DNA of 52,848 nucleotides from Actinomycetes bacterium (GTDB lineage Bacteria; Actinomycetota; CADDZG01; JAHWKV01). The notes beneath the pieces were generated by a model. That model saw only the letters and a program-made list of their open reading frames with translations, did not search any database and had not been told where the DNA came from. Location of the stretch: assembly GCA_029263035.1 (NCBI GenBank), contig JAJCYF010000108.1, forward strand, positions 1 to 52,848, in the 5' to 3' direction. Of the stretch, positions 9,868-19,100 are shown piece after piece; position 1 is the first letter of the stretch, and each line of letters starts with the position of its first letter. A program made the translations under genes and the position numbers.

Positions 9868-9978
9868 CTTGTGATCTTCCTTTCAAATCCCACTGGTCAT
9901 CCCACTTTACCGCACGGACATTGCCGGTGCCGCCGTCCGGTGCCCGGCCCCGTCATTCGCCGGGCTAAGATCATTCCC

Positions 9979-11301
9979 ATGGACAAGCTTTTCGGCACCG
10001 ACGGCGTACGGGGCGTCGCCAACCTGCAGCTGACCCCCGATCTGGCTCTGCGCCTGGGCCGGGCCGCCGCCTTCGAGCTGGCGACCGGGGGAAGACCGCG
10101 CATCGTCCTGGGCCGCGACACCCGGGCCTCCGGGCCGATGCTCCAGGCGGCGCTGGCCGCCGGGATCATGTCCGCGGGTGCCGAGGTGGTGGACATCGGG
10201 GTCGTTCCCACCCCGGCGGTCGCTTTCTGGGTGACCACCCTGGGCGCTTCCGCCGGAGCAGTTGTCTCCGCTTCCCACAACCCGTTCTCCGACAACGGCA
10301 TCAAGTTCTTCGGCGGCGACGGGTTCAAGCTGACCGATGAGCAGGAGGAACGGATAGAGGGCCTGGTGGACTCGGCCCACTCGGGCGGACCGGCCGGCGG
10401 TACCGGGGAGTTGAGTGACTCCGAGGACCTGTACGTCAAGCACGCGCTGGAGTCGCTGGAGGGCCGCAGCCTGGAGGGCCTGCGGCTGGTGCTGGACTGC
10501 TCCAATGGGGCGGCATTTCGCACCAGCCCGGAGGCATTCACCCGGGCCGGCGCCGAGCTGACCGTGATCAACGCCGACCCCGACGGGGTCAACATCAACG
10601 CCGGGTGCGGCTCGCAGCACCTCGGCGGGCTGGTGGACCGGGTCCGGGCCGCCGGTGCCCACCTGGGACTCGCCCACGATGGTGACGCCGACCGGGTTAT
10701 TGCGGTGGACGAGGAGGGCAAGGTGGTGGACGGCGACTGCCTTATCGCCGCGCTGGCAATCGAGCTCCAGCAGGCGGGCAGGCTGGCCGGCAACCGGGTT
10801 GTCTCCACCGTGATGGCCAACCTTGGCTTTCGCCGGGCGCTGGCAGCCGCCGGCATCGAGCTGGCAGAAACCCCGGTGGGGGACCGCTATGTGCTGGAGG
10901 AGATGCGCCGCTGCGGGGCCTCCATCGGCGGGGAACAGTCCGGACACGTGATCTTCTCCCGCTTTTCGACCACCGGCGACGGGCTCATCACCGGACTTCG
11001 CCTGGCCGCGCTGATGGTGTCCTCGGGTCGCAAACTCTCCGAGCTGGCCGCAGTGGTGGAGAAGTTTCCCCAGGTGCTGGTCAACGTGCCGGTGACCGAT
11101 GCCCGCCGGATCGGGTCGTCGCCGGTGCTGGCCGAGGCGGTGGAGCAGGCACAAAGCCGAATGGGCGACCGGGGCCGGGTGCTGGTCCGTCCGTCCGGGA
11201 CCGAATCCCTGGTAAGGGTGATGGTGGAGGCGCCCGACATCGAGACCGCCGACTCGGTGGCGGCGAGCCTGGCGGCGGTCATCGCCGGAGAGGACCTCTA
11301 G
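9979..11301 (+). CDS. glmM: Phosphoglucosamine mutase
   Basis: Internal ATG at 9979 (MDKLFGTDGVRGVAN). Phosphoserine loop VVSASHNPFSDNGIKFF. The upstream 42 codons of the track ORF are Arg/Pro junk. Confidence 0.93.
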   Translation: MDKLFGTDGVRGVANLQLTPDLALRLGRAAAFELATGGRPRIVLGRDTRASGPMLQAALAAGIMSAGAEVVDIGVVPTPAVAFWVTTLGASAGAVVSASHNPFSDNGIKFFGGDGFKLTDEQEERIEGLVDSAHSGGPAGGTGELSDSEDLYVKHALESLEGRSLEGLRLVLDCSNGAAFRTSPEAFTRAGAELTVINADPDGVNINAGCGSQHLGGLVDRVRAAGAHLGLAHDGDADRVIAVDEEGKVVDGDCLIAALAIELQQAGRLAGNRVVSTVMANLGFRRALAAAGIELAETPVGDRYVLEEMRRCGASIGGEQSGHVIFSRFSTTGDGLITGLRLAALMVSSGRKLSELAAVVEKFPQVLVNVPVTDARRIGSSPVLAEAVEQAQSRMGDRGRVLVRPSGTESLVRVMVEAPDIETADSVAASLAAVIAGEDL

Positions 11302-11375
11302 CAGTCGGGTGAGCAGTCTGCCAGCGGGTTTGAAGTAATTATGTAGAAGCGGTCTGCGGTGGGTATATCCTTCCC

Positions 11376-11837
11376 GTGCCGAATTCAGATCCATTTCGGT
11401 CGGCTATCCCCCAGTCTTCAGGGACCTTGGTCACACTGGGCTCTTTCGAGGACGCGCCCTTGGATTCTGCACCCCCCGGCCTTTCGACCGTCGACTACTT
11501 CGCCGTCGACGTCCGCTACTACGAGAGTTCCGCGACCCTGTCCCTCAACGGTGAGCTGGACCTGGGCTCGGCCGAGATTCTGAGCCATGCGCTCGACCCG
11601 GTGGAGGTCTACGGGGCCGACCCGGTGGTTATCGACATGTCGGAGGTCGGGTTCCTCGACTGCTCCGGACTGGCGGTGCTGCTCGGCGCCTACAACCGGG
11701 CGTGCCGGGACGACCGGGACCTGTTCATCACCAACCCCCAGGCGCCGGTCCGCCGGATCTTCGTTCTGACCGGCTGCAAACATCTGCTCAGCGGAAGCGC
11801 CCGCCAGGATCCCGGAGGACTCAAAGCCCCGGCTTGA
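11376..11837 (+). CDS. STAS-domain protein (anti-sigma-factor antagonist-like)
   Basis: LSLNGELDLGSAEILSHAL...VVIDMSEVGFLDCSGLAVLLGAYNRA...LFITNPQAPVRRIFVLTG matches the SpoIIAA/STAS pattern. The exact start is uncertain (GTG 11376). Confidence 0.72.
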   Translation: MPNSDPFRSAIPQSSGTLVTLGSFEDAPLDSAPPGLSTVDYFAVDVRYYESSATLSLNGELDLGSAEILSHALDPVEVYGADPVVIDMSEVGFLDCSGLAVLLGAYNRACRDDRDLFITNPQAPVRRIFVLTGCKHLLSGSARQDPGGLKAPA

Positions 11838-11860
11838 CCCCCTCTCCCTACAATGGGCGG

Positions 11861-13405
11861 GTGCAAAATGTCCTGACGCCTTCCCAGATGGCCGCCGCCG
11901 ACCGCGCGGCGGCGGAGTCCGGCATCCCCTCCACCGACCTGATGGACCGGGCCGGCCGGACGGTAGGCCGGGAGGCGGTTGCCCTGCTCGGGGGAACCTA
12001 CGGGCACCGGGTCACCGTGCTGTGCGGCAAAGGCAACAACGCCGGAGACGGGTTTGTGGCGGCCGGGTATCTCGCTCGGCGGGGAGCGGCCTGCAACGTA
12101 ATCCTGATGGCGGAGCCGGGCGAGCTCAAGGGTGATGCCGGCGATGCATTCGCACGGATGCAGGGCTCGGGTGTTTCGGTTCACCGCTATGAGCCTTCGC
12201 GTCTCGGACGCGAGCTCGGGCGGTCGGACCTGGTCATCGACGCAATGCTGGGCACCGGGTTCAAGGGAGCCCTCAGTGGAGCGATGGCCGCGGCAGCCGG
12301 GGCGGCCAACGCCAGCGGCGTGGAGATTCTGGCCATCGACATCCCTTCCGGGGTCGACGGCGAAACCGGCCGGGTCCAGGGGGAAGCGATCGTGGCCGCC
12401 CGGACACTCACCCTCGCCGCGCTGAAGACCGGCCTTCTACTGCAGCCGGGCGCCCGCCACGCCGGCGAGGTGACCGTGGAGGACATCGGGATCCCGGACG
12501 AGCTGATGCAGTCCGAGCTGTTCCTGGCGGGATCGGACGACCTGTCCGGGGTGCTCCCCGCCCGGCTACCGACCGCCCACAAACGCAGCGTCGGCAAGGT
12601 GCTGGTGGTCGCGGGATCGGTCTCCATGTCCGGCGCGGTGGTGCTCACCGCCACCGGAGCACTGCGGGCCGGCGCCGGACTGGTCCGCATGGCGGTTCCC
12701 GAGTGCATCCGCAACTCGGTAGGACCGCAGGTGATCGAGGCCCTCACCGCCGGAATGCCCGACACCGCCCGGGGCGCCTTCAGCTTTGATGCGGCGGGGC
12801 CGGTGGTGGAACTTGCCGGTCAGATGCAGGTGGTGGCGATGGGGCCGGGAGTCGGCAAGGATGTCGAGACGATGAACTTCGTGACCGAGGTCCTGCACGG
12901 GGTGGACCGGCCGGTGGTGCTGGACGCCGACGGCATCTCCGCCTTCCAGGGCCACCCGGAAAGCCTTCGGGAGCGCCCGGCGCCCACCATCCTCACGCCG
13001 CACTCGGGGGAGCTGGCCCGGCTGCTCGGGAGGCCGGTGGAGCAGATCGACTCGGACCGGATCTCGTCGGTGAGAGAGGCCGCCCGGCGCACCGGAGCGG
13101 TAGTGCTGCTCAAGGGATTTCGCACCCTGGTTGCCCGGCCGGACGGACAAACCGTGATGGTCGATGCGGGAGGCCCCGTCCTGGCGACCGGGGGCTCGGG
13201 TGACGTCCTGACCGGCGTCATCGCCGCCCTGGCGGCTGCAGGCATGGATCCGTTTACGGCCGCGTGGGCCGGTGCCTGCCTGCACGGTCTGGCCGGCGAG
13301 ATGCTGGCCGGGTGGATGGGGGAGCGCGGGGTCGTCGCAGGGGACCTGTTGAATGCGCTCCCGATGGTGATCTTCAAGGCGGCCGGCCGGGGGAGTTCTT
13401 CGTGA
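11861..13405 (+). CDS. nnr: Bifunctional NAD(P)H-hydrate repair enzyme (epimerase / ADP-dependent dehydratase)
   Basis: In-frame GTG at 11861 (VQNVLTPSQMAAADRAA), after the STAS stop. YjeF-N motif CGKGNNAGDG. C-terminal kinase-fold motif GGSGDVLTG. Confidence 0.88.
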   Translation: MQNVLTPSQMAAADRAAAESGIPSTDLMDRAGRTVGREAVALLGGTYGHRVTVLCGKGNNAGDGFVAAGYLARRGAACNVILMAEPGELKGDAGDAFARMQGSGVSVHRYEPSRLGRELGRSDLVIDAMLGTGFKGALSGAMAAAAGAANASGVEILAIDIPSGVDGETGRVQGEAIVAARTLTLAALKTGLLLQPGARHAGEVTVEDIGIPDELMQSELFLAGSDDLSGVLPARLPTAHKRSVGKVLVVAGSVSMSGAVVLTATGALRAGAGLVRMAVPECIRNSVGPQVIEALTAGMPDTARGAFSFDAAGPVVELAGQMQVVAMGPGVGKDVETMNFVTEVLHGVDRPVVLDADGISAFQGHPESLRERPAPTILTPHSGELARLLGRPVEQIDSDRISSVREAARRTGAVVLLKGFRTLVARPDGQTVMVDAGGPVLATGGSGDVLTGVIAALAAAGMDPFTAAWAGACLHGLAGEMLAGWMGERGVVAGDLLNALPMVIFKAAGRGSSS

Positions 13406-14526
13406 CGGTGAAAACCGAAGCCCTGGCCCTGTGGGCCGAGGTGGACCTGGACTGCATCCGGCGCAACGTCGCCCGGATCAAGGCTTTGCTGAAGCCGGGC
13501 ACGCTGATGCTGTCGGTGGTCAAGGCCAACGCCTACGGCCACGGCGAGGTGGAGGTGGCCGGCGCGGCCATCGACGGCGGCGCCGACTGGCTCGGGGTAG
13601 CCCGGGTGGAGGAGGGGGCAGCCCTGCGGGCGGCCGGGATCGACCGGCCGATACTGCTGCTGGCCCAGCCTCCGTTGAGCGCGCTGCCCGCCGCCGCCGA
13701 GCACAACCTCACCCCGACGATCTACACCGAGGAGGGGGCGAGGGCCTGGTCCGAGCAGGCCGGCGGCGCCAAACGCCTCAGTTGCCACCTGAAGGTCGAT
13801 ACCGGCATGCACCGCTACGGGGTCCCCCGTGAGGCCGCTGCCGCCTTCATGGACCTCCTGGACGCCCTGGAGGGGGTTGAGCTGGGGGGGATCTGGACCC
13901 ACTTCGCGGTGGCGGAGGAGGTGTCCAACTCGTTCACCTCCCAGCAGCACAAGCTGTTCCTCGAATTGCTGGACGAGCTCGGTCCCCGCACCGACGGCCT
14001 GATCCGCCACATCTCCAACTCGGCCGGGGCGCTCACCTTCCCCGAAGCGCACCTGGACCTGGTGAGGGTGGGAATCGCCGGCTACGGGATCTACCCGTCG
14101 CCTGCTCTGGCGGACACGGTTGAGCTGGAGCCGGCCATGAGCTTCAAGGCCCGGGTGGGCATGGTGAAGCGGCTGCCGGCCGGGGAGTCCATCTCCTACG
14201 GCCAGCGCTACACCCTCGCCCGCGAGAGTGTGGTGGCCACCGTGCCCTGCGGGTACGCCGACGGGCTGCGCCGGTCCCTGACGAACCTGGGCGAGGTGTT
14301 GATCCGGGGCAAGCGTTACCCGATCGCCGGGACGATCACCATGGACCACTTCCTGGTGGACGCCGGTGAGGATGAGCTTTCGGCCGGCGACGAGGTGGTC
14401 ATCCTCGGCCGCCAGGGCACCGAACAGATCACCGCCCAGGACATGGCCGGCAAATTGGGGACAATCCCTTACGAGGTGGTGTGCGGCGTCAGCGCCCGGG
14501 TACGGCGGATCTACCTGAACCCGTAG
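13402..14526 (+). CDS. alr: Alanine racemase
   Basis: GTG 13402 overlaps the nnr stop (GTGA). PLP-lysine motif VVKANAYGHG. C-terminal region YGQRYT...VPCGYADG. Confidence 0.92.
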   Translation: MTVKTEALALWAEVDLDCIRRNVARIKALLKPGTLMLSVVKANAYGHGEVEVAGAAIDGGADWLGVARVEEGAALRAAGIDRPILLLAQPPLSALPAAAEHNLTPTIYTEEGARAWSEQAGGAKRLSCHLKVDTGMHRYGVPREAAAAFMDLLDALEGVELGGIWTHFAVAEEVSNSFTSQQHKLFLELLDELGPRTDGLIRHISNSAGALTFPEAHLDLVRVGIAGYGIYPSPALADTVELEPAMSFKARVGMVKRLPAGESISYGQRYTLARESVVATVPCGYADGLRRSLTNLGEVLIRGKRYPIAGTITMDHFLVDAGEDELSAGDEVVILGRQGTEQITAQDMAGKLGTIPYEVVCGVSARVRRIYLNP

Positions 14527-14621
14527 GCGGGCGGGCGCTGCCTACGAAGTTCGTCCAGTCGTTATCATCTAGGGAGCGGGTGGGGACCAAAAGCGTCGCG
14601 CCCTGTTGAGATTTCGTCGGT

Positions 14622-15281
14622 TTGGGGGTTCTGGTGGTGTGGCAGACGCTCGATGAAGTTAGGGTCGAGGCTGCGGGGTGCACCCGCTGCCGTCTGGCAG
14701 CCGGACGGACCCAGGTGGTCTGGATGGACGGAGATCCGGAGTCCGACCTGATGTTCGTGGGCGAGGCGCCCGGGATGAACGAGGACAAGCTCGGCAGGCC
14801 GTTCGTCGGCGCGGCAGGAAAGTTGCTGGACCAGCTCTTGGAATCCATAGCGCTCGACCGGAGCAAATGTGTGATCTGCAACGTGATCAAATGCCGTCCA
14901 CCCTCCAACCGCAACCCGGAACCGGACGAGATCGCCACCTGCAGCCCGTACCTCAAGGCGCAGATCGACTTCATCAAGCCGGCGGTGATCGTAACGCTGG
15001 GTAACTTCGCCACCCGCTACATCCTGGACCGCCAGCTTTCGATCACTCGGGTCCGGGGCCAGATCTTTCGCGCCTTCGGGGCCAAGGTCATCCCCACCCT
15101 GCACCCGGCCGCTGCGCTGCATTCCGGAGGCGTCGGGTCTCCCCAGTTCGCCCTGATCCGCTCCGACTTCGATCTCATCAGCTCCGAGCTTGCCAAGGGC
15201 CGGCCGGCTCCCCCCGCTCCCGCTCCGGCCCTGCCGGCACCCGCGGCAGAGGCGTTCGTCTCTCAAGAGTCGCTGTTTTAA
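14622..15281 (+). CDS. Uracil-DNA glycosylase, family 4
   Basis: CTRCRL, the GEAPG.NED motif, F.G.AG..L, the KCRPP..R.P pattern and TLHPAAALH. TTG start, so the exact start is uncertain. Confidence 0.85.
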   Translation: MGVLVVWQTLDEVRVEAAGCTRCRLAAGRTQVVWMDGDPESDLMFVGEAPGMNEDKLGRPFVGAAGKLLDQLLESIALDRSKCVICNVIKCRPPSNRNPEPDEIATCSPYLKAQIDFIKPAVIVTLGNFATRYILDRQLSITRVRGQIFRAFGAKVIPTLHPAAALHSGGVGSPQFALIRSDFDLISSELAKGRPAPPAPAPALPAPAAEAFVSQESLF

Positions 15282-15282
15282 C

Positions 15283-15855
15283 GTGGCCGCCCCGAAGCCT
15301 AAGAAGCTGACCCTGGAATCGCACTCCGCCGCGGAGACCCAGAGCCTGGGGGGTCTACTGGCACCGATGCTGGTGCCCGGCGACGTCCTGGTGATGTCGG
15401 GAGACCTCGGTGCCGGCAAAACCACCTTCGTGCAGGGCCTGGCCAAGGGGCTGGGGATCGTGGAGCGGGTGACCTCTCCCACCTTTGTGCTGATGAAGGA
15501 GTACCAGGGCGGACGGTTTCCGCTGATGCACCTGGACGTCTACCGGCTGGGCAAGGTCCAGGAGGTCATCGACCTCGGAATCGACGAGTACCTGGACCCC
15601 TCCTACGTGGTGGTGGTCGAGTGGGGGGACAAGGTGGAACCCCTGCTGCCGCAGGACCACCTGACGATCGAGCTGGTGCACGGGGGAGCCGACGTCCGCA
15701 CCATCACCCTCACCGGCAAGGGCGCTCCGTGGGCCGGCCGGATGGACTCGATCAAAAAGATGGTGGAGGGGCTGGCCGTCTCCTCGAGGGCCAGCGGACC
15801 CCGCCTGGGTGAAGACTTCCAGCCCGGCAGCCCCACGGAATCGGGCAACAACTGA
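15283..15855 (+). CDS. tsaE: tRNA t6A37 biosynthesis protein TsaE (with C-terminal extension)
   Basis: GTG 15283 lies just after the UDG stop. Walker-like GDLGAGKTTFVQG, SPTF.L...Y and HLDVYRL. Confidence 0.85.
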   Translation: MAAPKPKKLTLESHSAAETQSLGGLLAPMLVPGDVLVMSGDLGAGKTTFVQGLAKGLGIVERVTSPTFVLMKEYQGGRFPLMHLDVYRLGKVQEVIDLGIDEYLDPSYVVVVEWGDKVEPLLPQDHLTIELVHGGADVRTITLTGKGAPWAGRMDSIKKMVEGLAVSSRASGPRLGEDFQPGSPTESGNN

Positions 15856-16550
15856 TGCTGGTCCTGGGGATTGAGACGTCCACGCCGGCGTCCAGCGTCA
15901 CCATCGGCTCCGAGCAGGGGATCATCGGATCCTGCATGGTCACCCGCGGGGTGAGCCACGGTTCGTTCATTCTGCCGGCCGTCGAGTTCCTGATGAAGGA
16001 GGCCGACCTTAGCTACCGGAACCTGTCTGCGGTTGCGGTCGGGCTGGGGCCCGGGCTGTACACCGGCCTGAGGGTGGGGGTGGCAACCGCCAAGACGCTG
16101 GCCCAGGCACTCTCGGTCCCGATTATCGGCGTGTCGTCGCTGGACCTGTTGGCGTTCGACGTCCGGTATTCCGACAAGCTGATCTGCCCGGTCATCGACG
16201 CCAAGCGCAAAGAGGTTTTCTTCGGGTTTTACCGCCAGGTGCCGGGGGGAATAGCCCGGGAGAGCAGCTACGTGGTGGGTTCGCCGGAGCGGCTGCTGGC
16301 GGAGATGGAGGGGAGCAAGGACGACTTTTTGCTGGTCGGCAACGGCGCCCTGCTCTACCGTGAGCGTCTGGACGGCGCCCACAAGGTGGAGTTCGGGTCG
16401 ATGGCCAACGCGTTTCCCAGGGCGGCATCTCTGGTGGAGCTTGCGCTGCCGCGGCTCTACCGGGAGGACTACGACCGCCTGTTCGATCTGGAGCCCTTGT
16501 ACATGCGCCGCTCGGACGCCGAGATCAACTGGGAAAAGAAGGCCAAATGA
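15855..16550 (+). CDS. tsaB: tRNA t6A37 biosynthesis protein TsaB
   Basis: MLVLGIETST...GLGPGLYTGLRVGVATAKTLA. The start overlaps the tsaE stop (TGATG). Confidence 0.88.
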   Translation: MLVLGIETSTPASSVTIGSEQGIIGSCMVTRGVSHGSFILPAVEFLMKEADLSYRNLSAVAVGLGPGLYTGLRVGVATAKTLAQALSVPIIGVSSLDLLAFDVRYSDKLICPVIDAKRKEVFFGFYRQVPGGIARESSYVVGSPERLLAEMEGSKDDFLLVGNGALLYRERLDGAHKVEFGSMANAFPRAASLVELALPRLYREDYDRLFDLEPLYMRRSDAEINWEKKAK

Positions 16551-17110
16551 TGGCGCTGGCGAATCCCCATGAGCTAGACCTGAGCCGGGTGGACCTGGTC
16601 ACCATGCGCCGGCGGCACGTACGCCAGGTGATGAGGATCGAGGCCCAGGTGTATCCCCGGCCGTGGAGCTCGGCACTGTTTCTGCAGGAGATCGTGCGCC
16701 GGGCGGATCGGATCTACCTGGCCGCCCGCTACGAGGGCGACGTCGTGGGGTACGGGGGGCTGATCACTTCCGGGCTGGAGGCCCACATAACCACCATCGC
16801 GGTCGACCCGGCCTACCACCGGACAGGGGTCGGGACCAAGCTGATGATCGGGCTGCTGGACGCGGCCATCGATCGGGGAGCGCGGACGTTGTCGCTGGAG
16901 GTCCGCCGCTCCAACTACGCGGCACAGAACATGTATGAGAAGTTCGGGTTCAGGCCGGTGGGTCTAAGGCCCGGCTACTACGTGGAGACCGGTGAGGACG
17001 CGATAGTCATGTGGGTGGACCAGACCGACGGCCCCGAATACGCCGAGCTGCTCAACCGGATGCGGCACAAGCTTGCCTCAAGGGGAAGAAGGGAGAACGC
17101 CGGTGGCTAG
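16547..17110 (+). CDS. rimI: Ribosomal-protein-alanine N-acetyltransferase (GNAT)
   Basis: ATGA overlap with tsaB. GNAT acetyl-CoA loop IAVDPAYHRTGVGTKLM. Sits in the conserved tsaB-rimI-tsaD context. Confidence 0.85.
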   Translation: MMALANPHELDLSRVDLVTMRRRHVRQVMRIEAQVYPRPWSSALFLQEIVRRADRIYLAARYEGDVVGYGGLITSGLEAHITTIAVDPAYHRTGVGTKLMIGLLDAAIDRGARTLSLEVRRSNYAAQNMYEKFGFRPVGLRPGYYVETGEDAIVMWVDQTDGPEYAELLNRMRHKLASRGRRENAGG

Positions 17111-18236
17111 AGAGGTTTCACCCCCGTCGGTCGACGTTCCCAAGGTGGACATCCCCGGCATTGCCGATGTCACTCCCGAGATGATCATCCAGACCGAAAC
17201 CGAGATCGAAGAGCTGGTCAAGTTTGACGAGCAGACCCTCATCCTCGGCATTGAGACCTCGTGCGACGAAACCGGTGTCGCCATCCTGCGGGGCGGGGAC
17301 CAGGTGCTGGCCAACATCATCTCGTCCTCGGCAGACCTGCACAGCAAGTACGGAGGAGTGGTCCCTGAGGACGCCTCCCGGGCCCACGTGCAGGCGATGA
17401 ACCCGGCAATCGCCGAGGCCCTCCGCAAGGCGGACGTCACCCTGTGGGACATGTCGGCCATTGCGGTGACCGTCGGCCCCGGCCTGGTCGGCTCGTTGAT
17501 CGTGGGCGTGGCGGCGGCCAAGGCGCTGGCGTCGGTGCTGGAGGTTCCCCTGCTGGGGATCAACCACCTGGAAGCCCACATCTACGCCAATTTTCTGGAG
17601 CACCCGGATTTCGCACCGCCGTGTATCGGGCTGATCGTCTCCGGGGGCCACACCCTGCTGGTGCACATGCCGGCCCACGGGTTGTACGAGGTTCTGGGTG
17701 AGACCCTGGACGACGCGGCCGGTGAGGCCTTCGACAAGATCGCCCGTTATCTCGGGATCGGCTACCCGGGCGGGCCGGCCATCGACCAGATGGCGCTGGG
17801 CGGAAGCAAGCGGGCCATCAAGTTCCCCCGGGCGATGATGAAGAAGGGGTACGACTTCTCCTTCTCCGGCCTCAAGACCTCGGTACGGGACTACATCCGC
17901 AAGCAGGAGGAGGCGGGCAACGAGATCAACCTGGCCGATGTGTGCGCCTCCTTCCAGGAGGCCGTGGTGGAGGTCCAGGTCCACAAGACGATCAAGGCGG
18001 CCCAGGAGTACAACGTGACGAACGTGTTCGTCTCCGGCGGCGTAGCGGCCAACTCACGCCTTCGAGAGTTGATGGGGGCGTTCTGCGAGGAGAACGACCT
18101 GCGCCTGTTCTACCCGTCGCCGGTTTACTGCACCGACAACGCGGCGATGGTGGCCTGCTGCGGCCACTACCGGTTCCAGCGGGGCATCCGCGCCGACCCG
18201 AACATCGAGCCGGATCCGAACCTGCACCTGGCCTAG
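17103..18236 (+). CDS. tsaD: tRNA N6-adenosine threonylcarbamoyltransferase TsaD
   Basis: ILGIETSCDETGVAI, GVVPE.A.R.H and VSGGHT motifs. Start is ambiguous. GTG 17103 has a GGGAG SD 7 nt upstream. ATG 17181 and TTG 17073 are the alternatives. Confidence 0.9.
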   Translation: MAREVSPPSVDVPKVDIPGIADVTPEMIIQTETEIEELVKFDEQTLILGIETSCDETGVAILRGGDQVLANIISSSADLHSKYGGVVPEDASRAHVQAMNPAIAEALRKADVTLWDMSAIAVTVGPGLVGSLIVGVAAAKALASVLEVPLLGINHLEAHIYANFLEHPDFAPPCIGLIVSGGHTLLVHMPAHGLYEVLGETLDDAAGEAFDKIARYLGIGYPGGPAIDQMALGGSKRAIKFPRAMMKKGYDFSFSGLKTSVRDYIRKQEEAGNEINLADVCASFQEAVVEVQVHKTIKAAQEYNVTNVFVSGGVAANSRLRELMGAFCEENDLRLFYPSPVYCTDNAAMVACCGHYRFQRGIRADPNIEPDPNLHLA

Positions 18237-18859
18237 GCGGTAAAGCCAGCCGGGAGGCGCTCCATCATCACATCGGCGTTCGAGTAGCCGATCGTCAGAA
18301 GGTGGCCCTGGTCGCCCATCCGGGCGATCACCGTCGGAAAGCTCGTGATGCCCCACTCCCGGGCCACCGTGAAGTCGGCCCATGCCGCATCCCGGAACTC
18401 CTCGGAGTCGAACGCAGTCCGGAGCCGTTCCCCGTCGGCCCCGACCTCCTCGGCCAGGACAAGCAGCGTCTCCAGGCCGGTGGTGATGATCCCCTCGGCG
18501 TAGAAGGCCTTCTGGATCCGCTTGAAAAGCGGCCACGCCCTGGGCTCGTCGAACAGCCGTACCAGCGCGATCGCCCGGCAGGCCGGCTCGGTGTCGTACA
18601 GGAAGTCCCGGCGGGCGACCGTCGACAGGTCGAACGGCTGACCGGTGGCCTGCTCGATCAGGGTCCACTCGTGTTCGAGGTGGCCCGCCAGCTCGTCGTC
18701 CATCTGCCGGGCGTTGGGGCCCGGCCTTAAGCCCCCGGTGATCACCCGGAAACCGGCTTCGGGGAGGCGGCGCTGCAACTCGTCCAGCTGGGGGGCGATG
18801 CCCCAGCACCACGAACACATCGGGTCCCCGACGTAAATGATCTCCCGTTCCGTCTCCAC
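18233..18859 (-). CDS. DsbA-family thioredoxin-fold protein (cytoplasmic type, CxxC = CSWC)
   Basis: GTG start. YVGDPMCSWCWGIAPQL active-site region. No signal peptide. 4-nt overlap with the tsaD stop (convergent). Confidence 0.72.
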   Translation of the reverse strand: METEREIIYVGDPMCSWCWGIAPQLDELQRRLPEAGFRVITGGLRPGPNARQMDDELAGHLEHEWTLIEQATGQPFDLSTVARRDFLYDTEPACRAIALVRLFDEPRAWPLFKRIQKAFYAEGIITTGLETLLVLAEEVGADGERLRTAFDSEEFRDAAWADFTVAREWGITSFPTVIARMGDQGHLLTIGYSNADVMMERLPAGFTA

Positions 18860-18933
18860 CCGCCCAAGATACCGGTACGGAGGAGACTAGGGATTTTGCT
18901 ACGATCGTCGCCCATCACTCAGGAGAAGAGATT

Positions 18934-19083
18934 TTGACCAAAGGGCTTGTGAAACGGCTTCTGCCGGTGGTGCTTGCACTGGGCCTGGCGGCAGGCTGTG
19001 CGCGCGGCGACAACCCCGTTCTGGAGGGCACCCCGCCGCAGAGCAGTCCGAGCGTGTCCGCAACCGCCTCACCGAGCCCGTAG
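18934..19083 (+). CDS. Small putative lipoprotein (49 aa)
   Basis: Below the track cutoff, so read directly. AGGAGA lies 7 nt upstream of TTG 18934. Translation is LTKGLVKRLLPVVLALGLAAGCARGDNPVLEGTPPQSSPSVSATASPSP with lipobox LAAGC. TAG at 19081-19083. Confidence 0.4.
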   Translation: MTKGLVKRLLPVVLALGLAAGCARGDNPVLEGTPPQSSPSVSATASPSP

Positions 19084-19100
19084 GGCTGCGCAGGGTCGGC

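Noticed and set aside
14522-14546. Hairpin CGTAGGC...GCCTACG spanning the alr stop codon, as a terminator
   Set aside because: 7-bp stem with an 11-nt loop and no T tract. Too weak to call, and the downstream UDG-tsaE genes may be co-transcribed.
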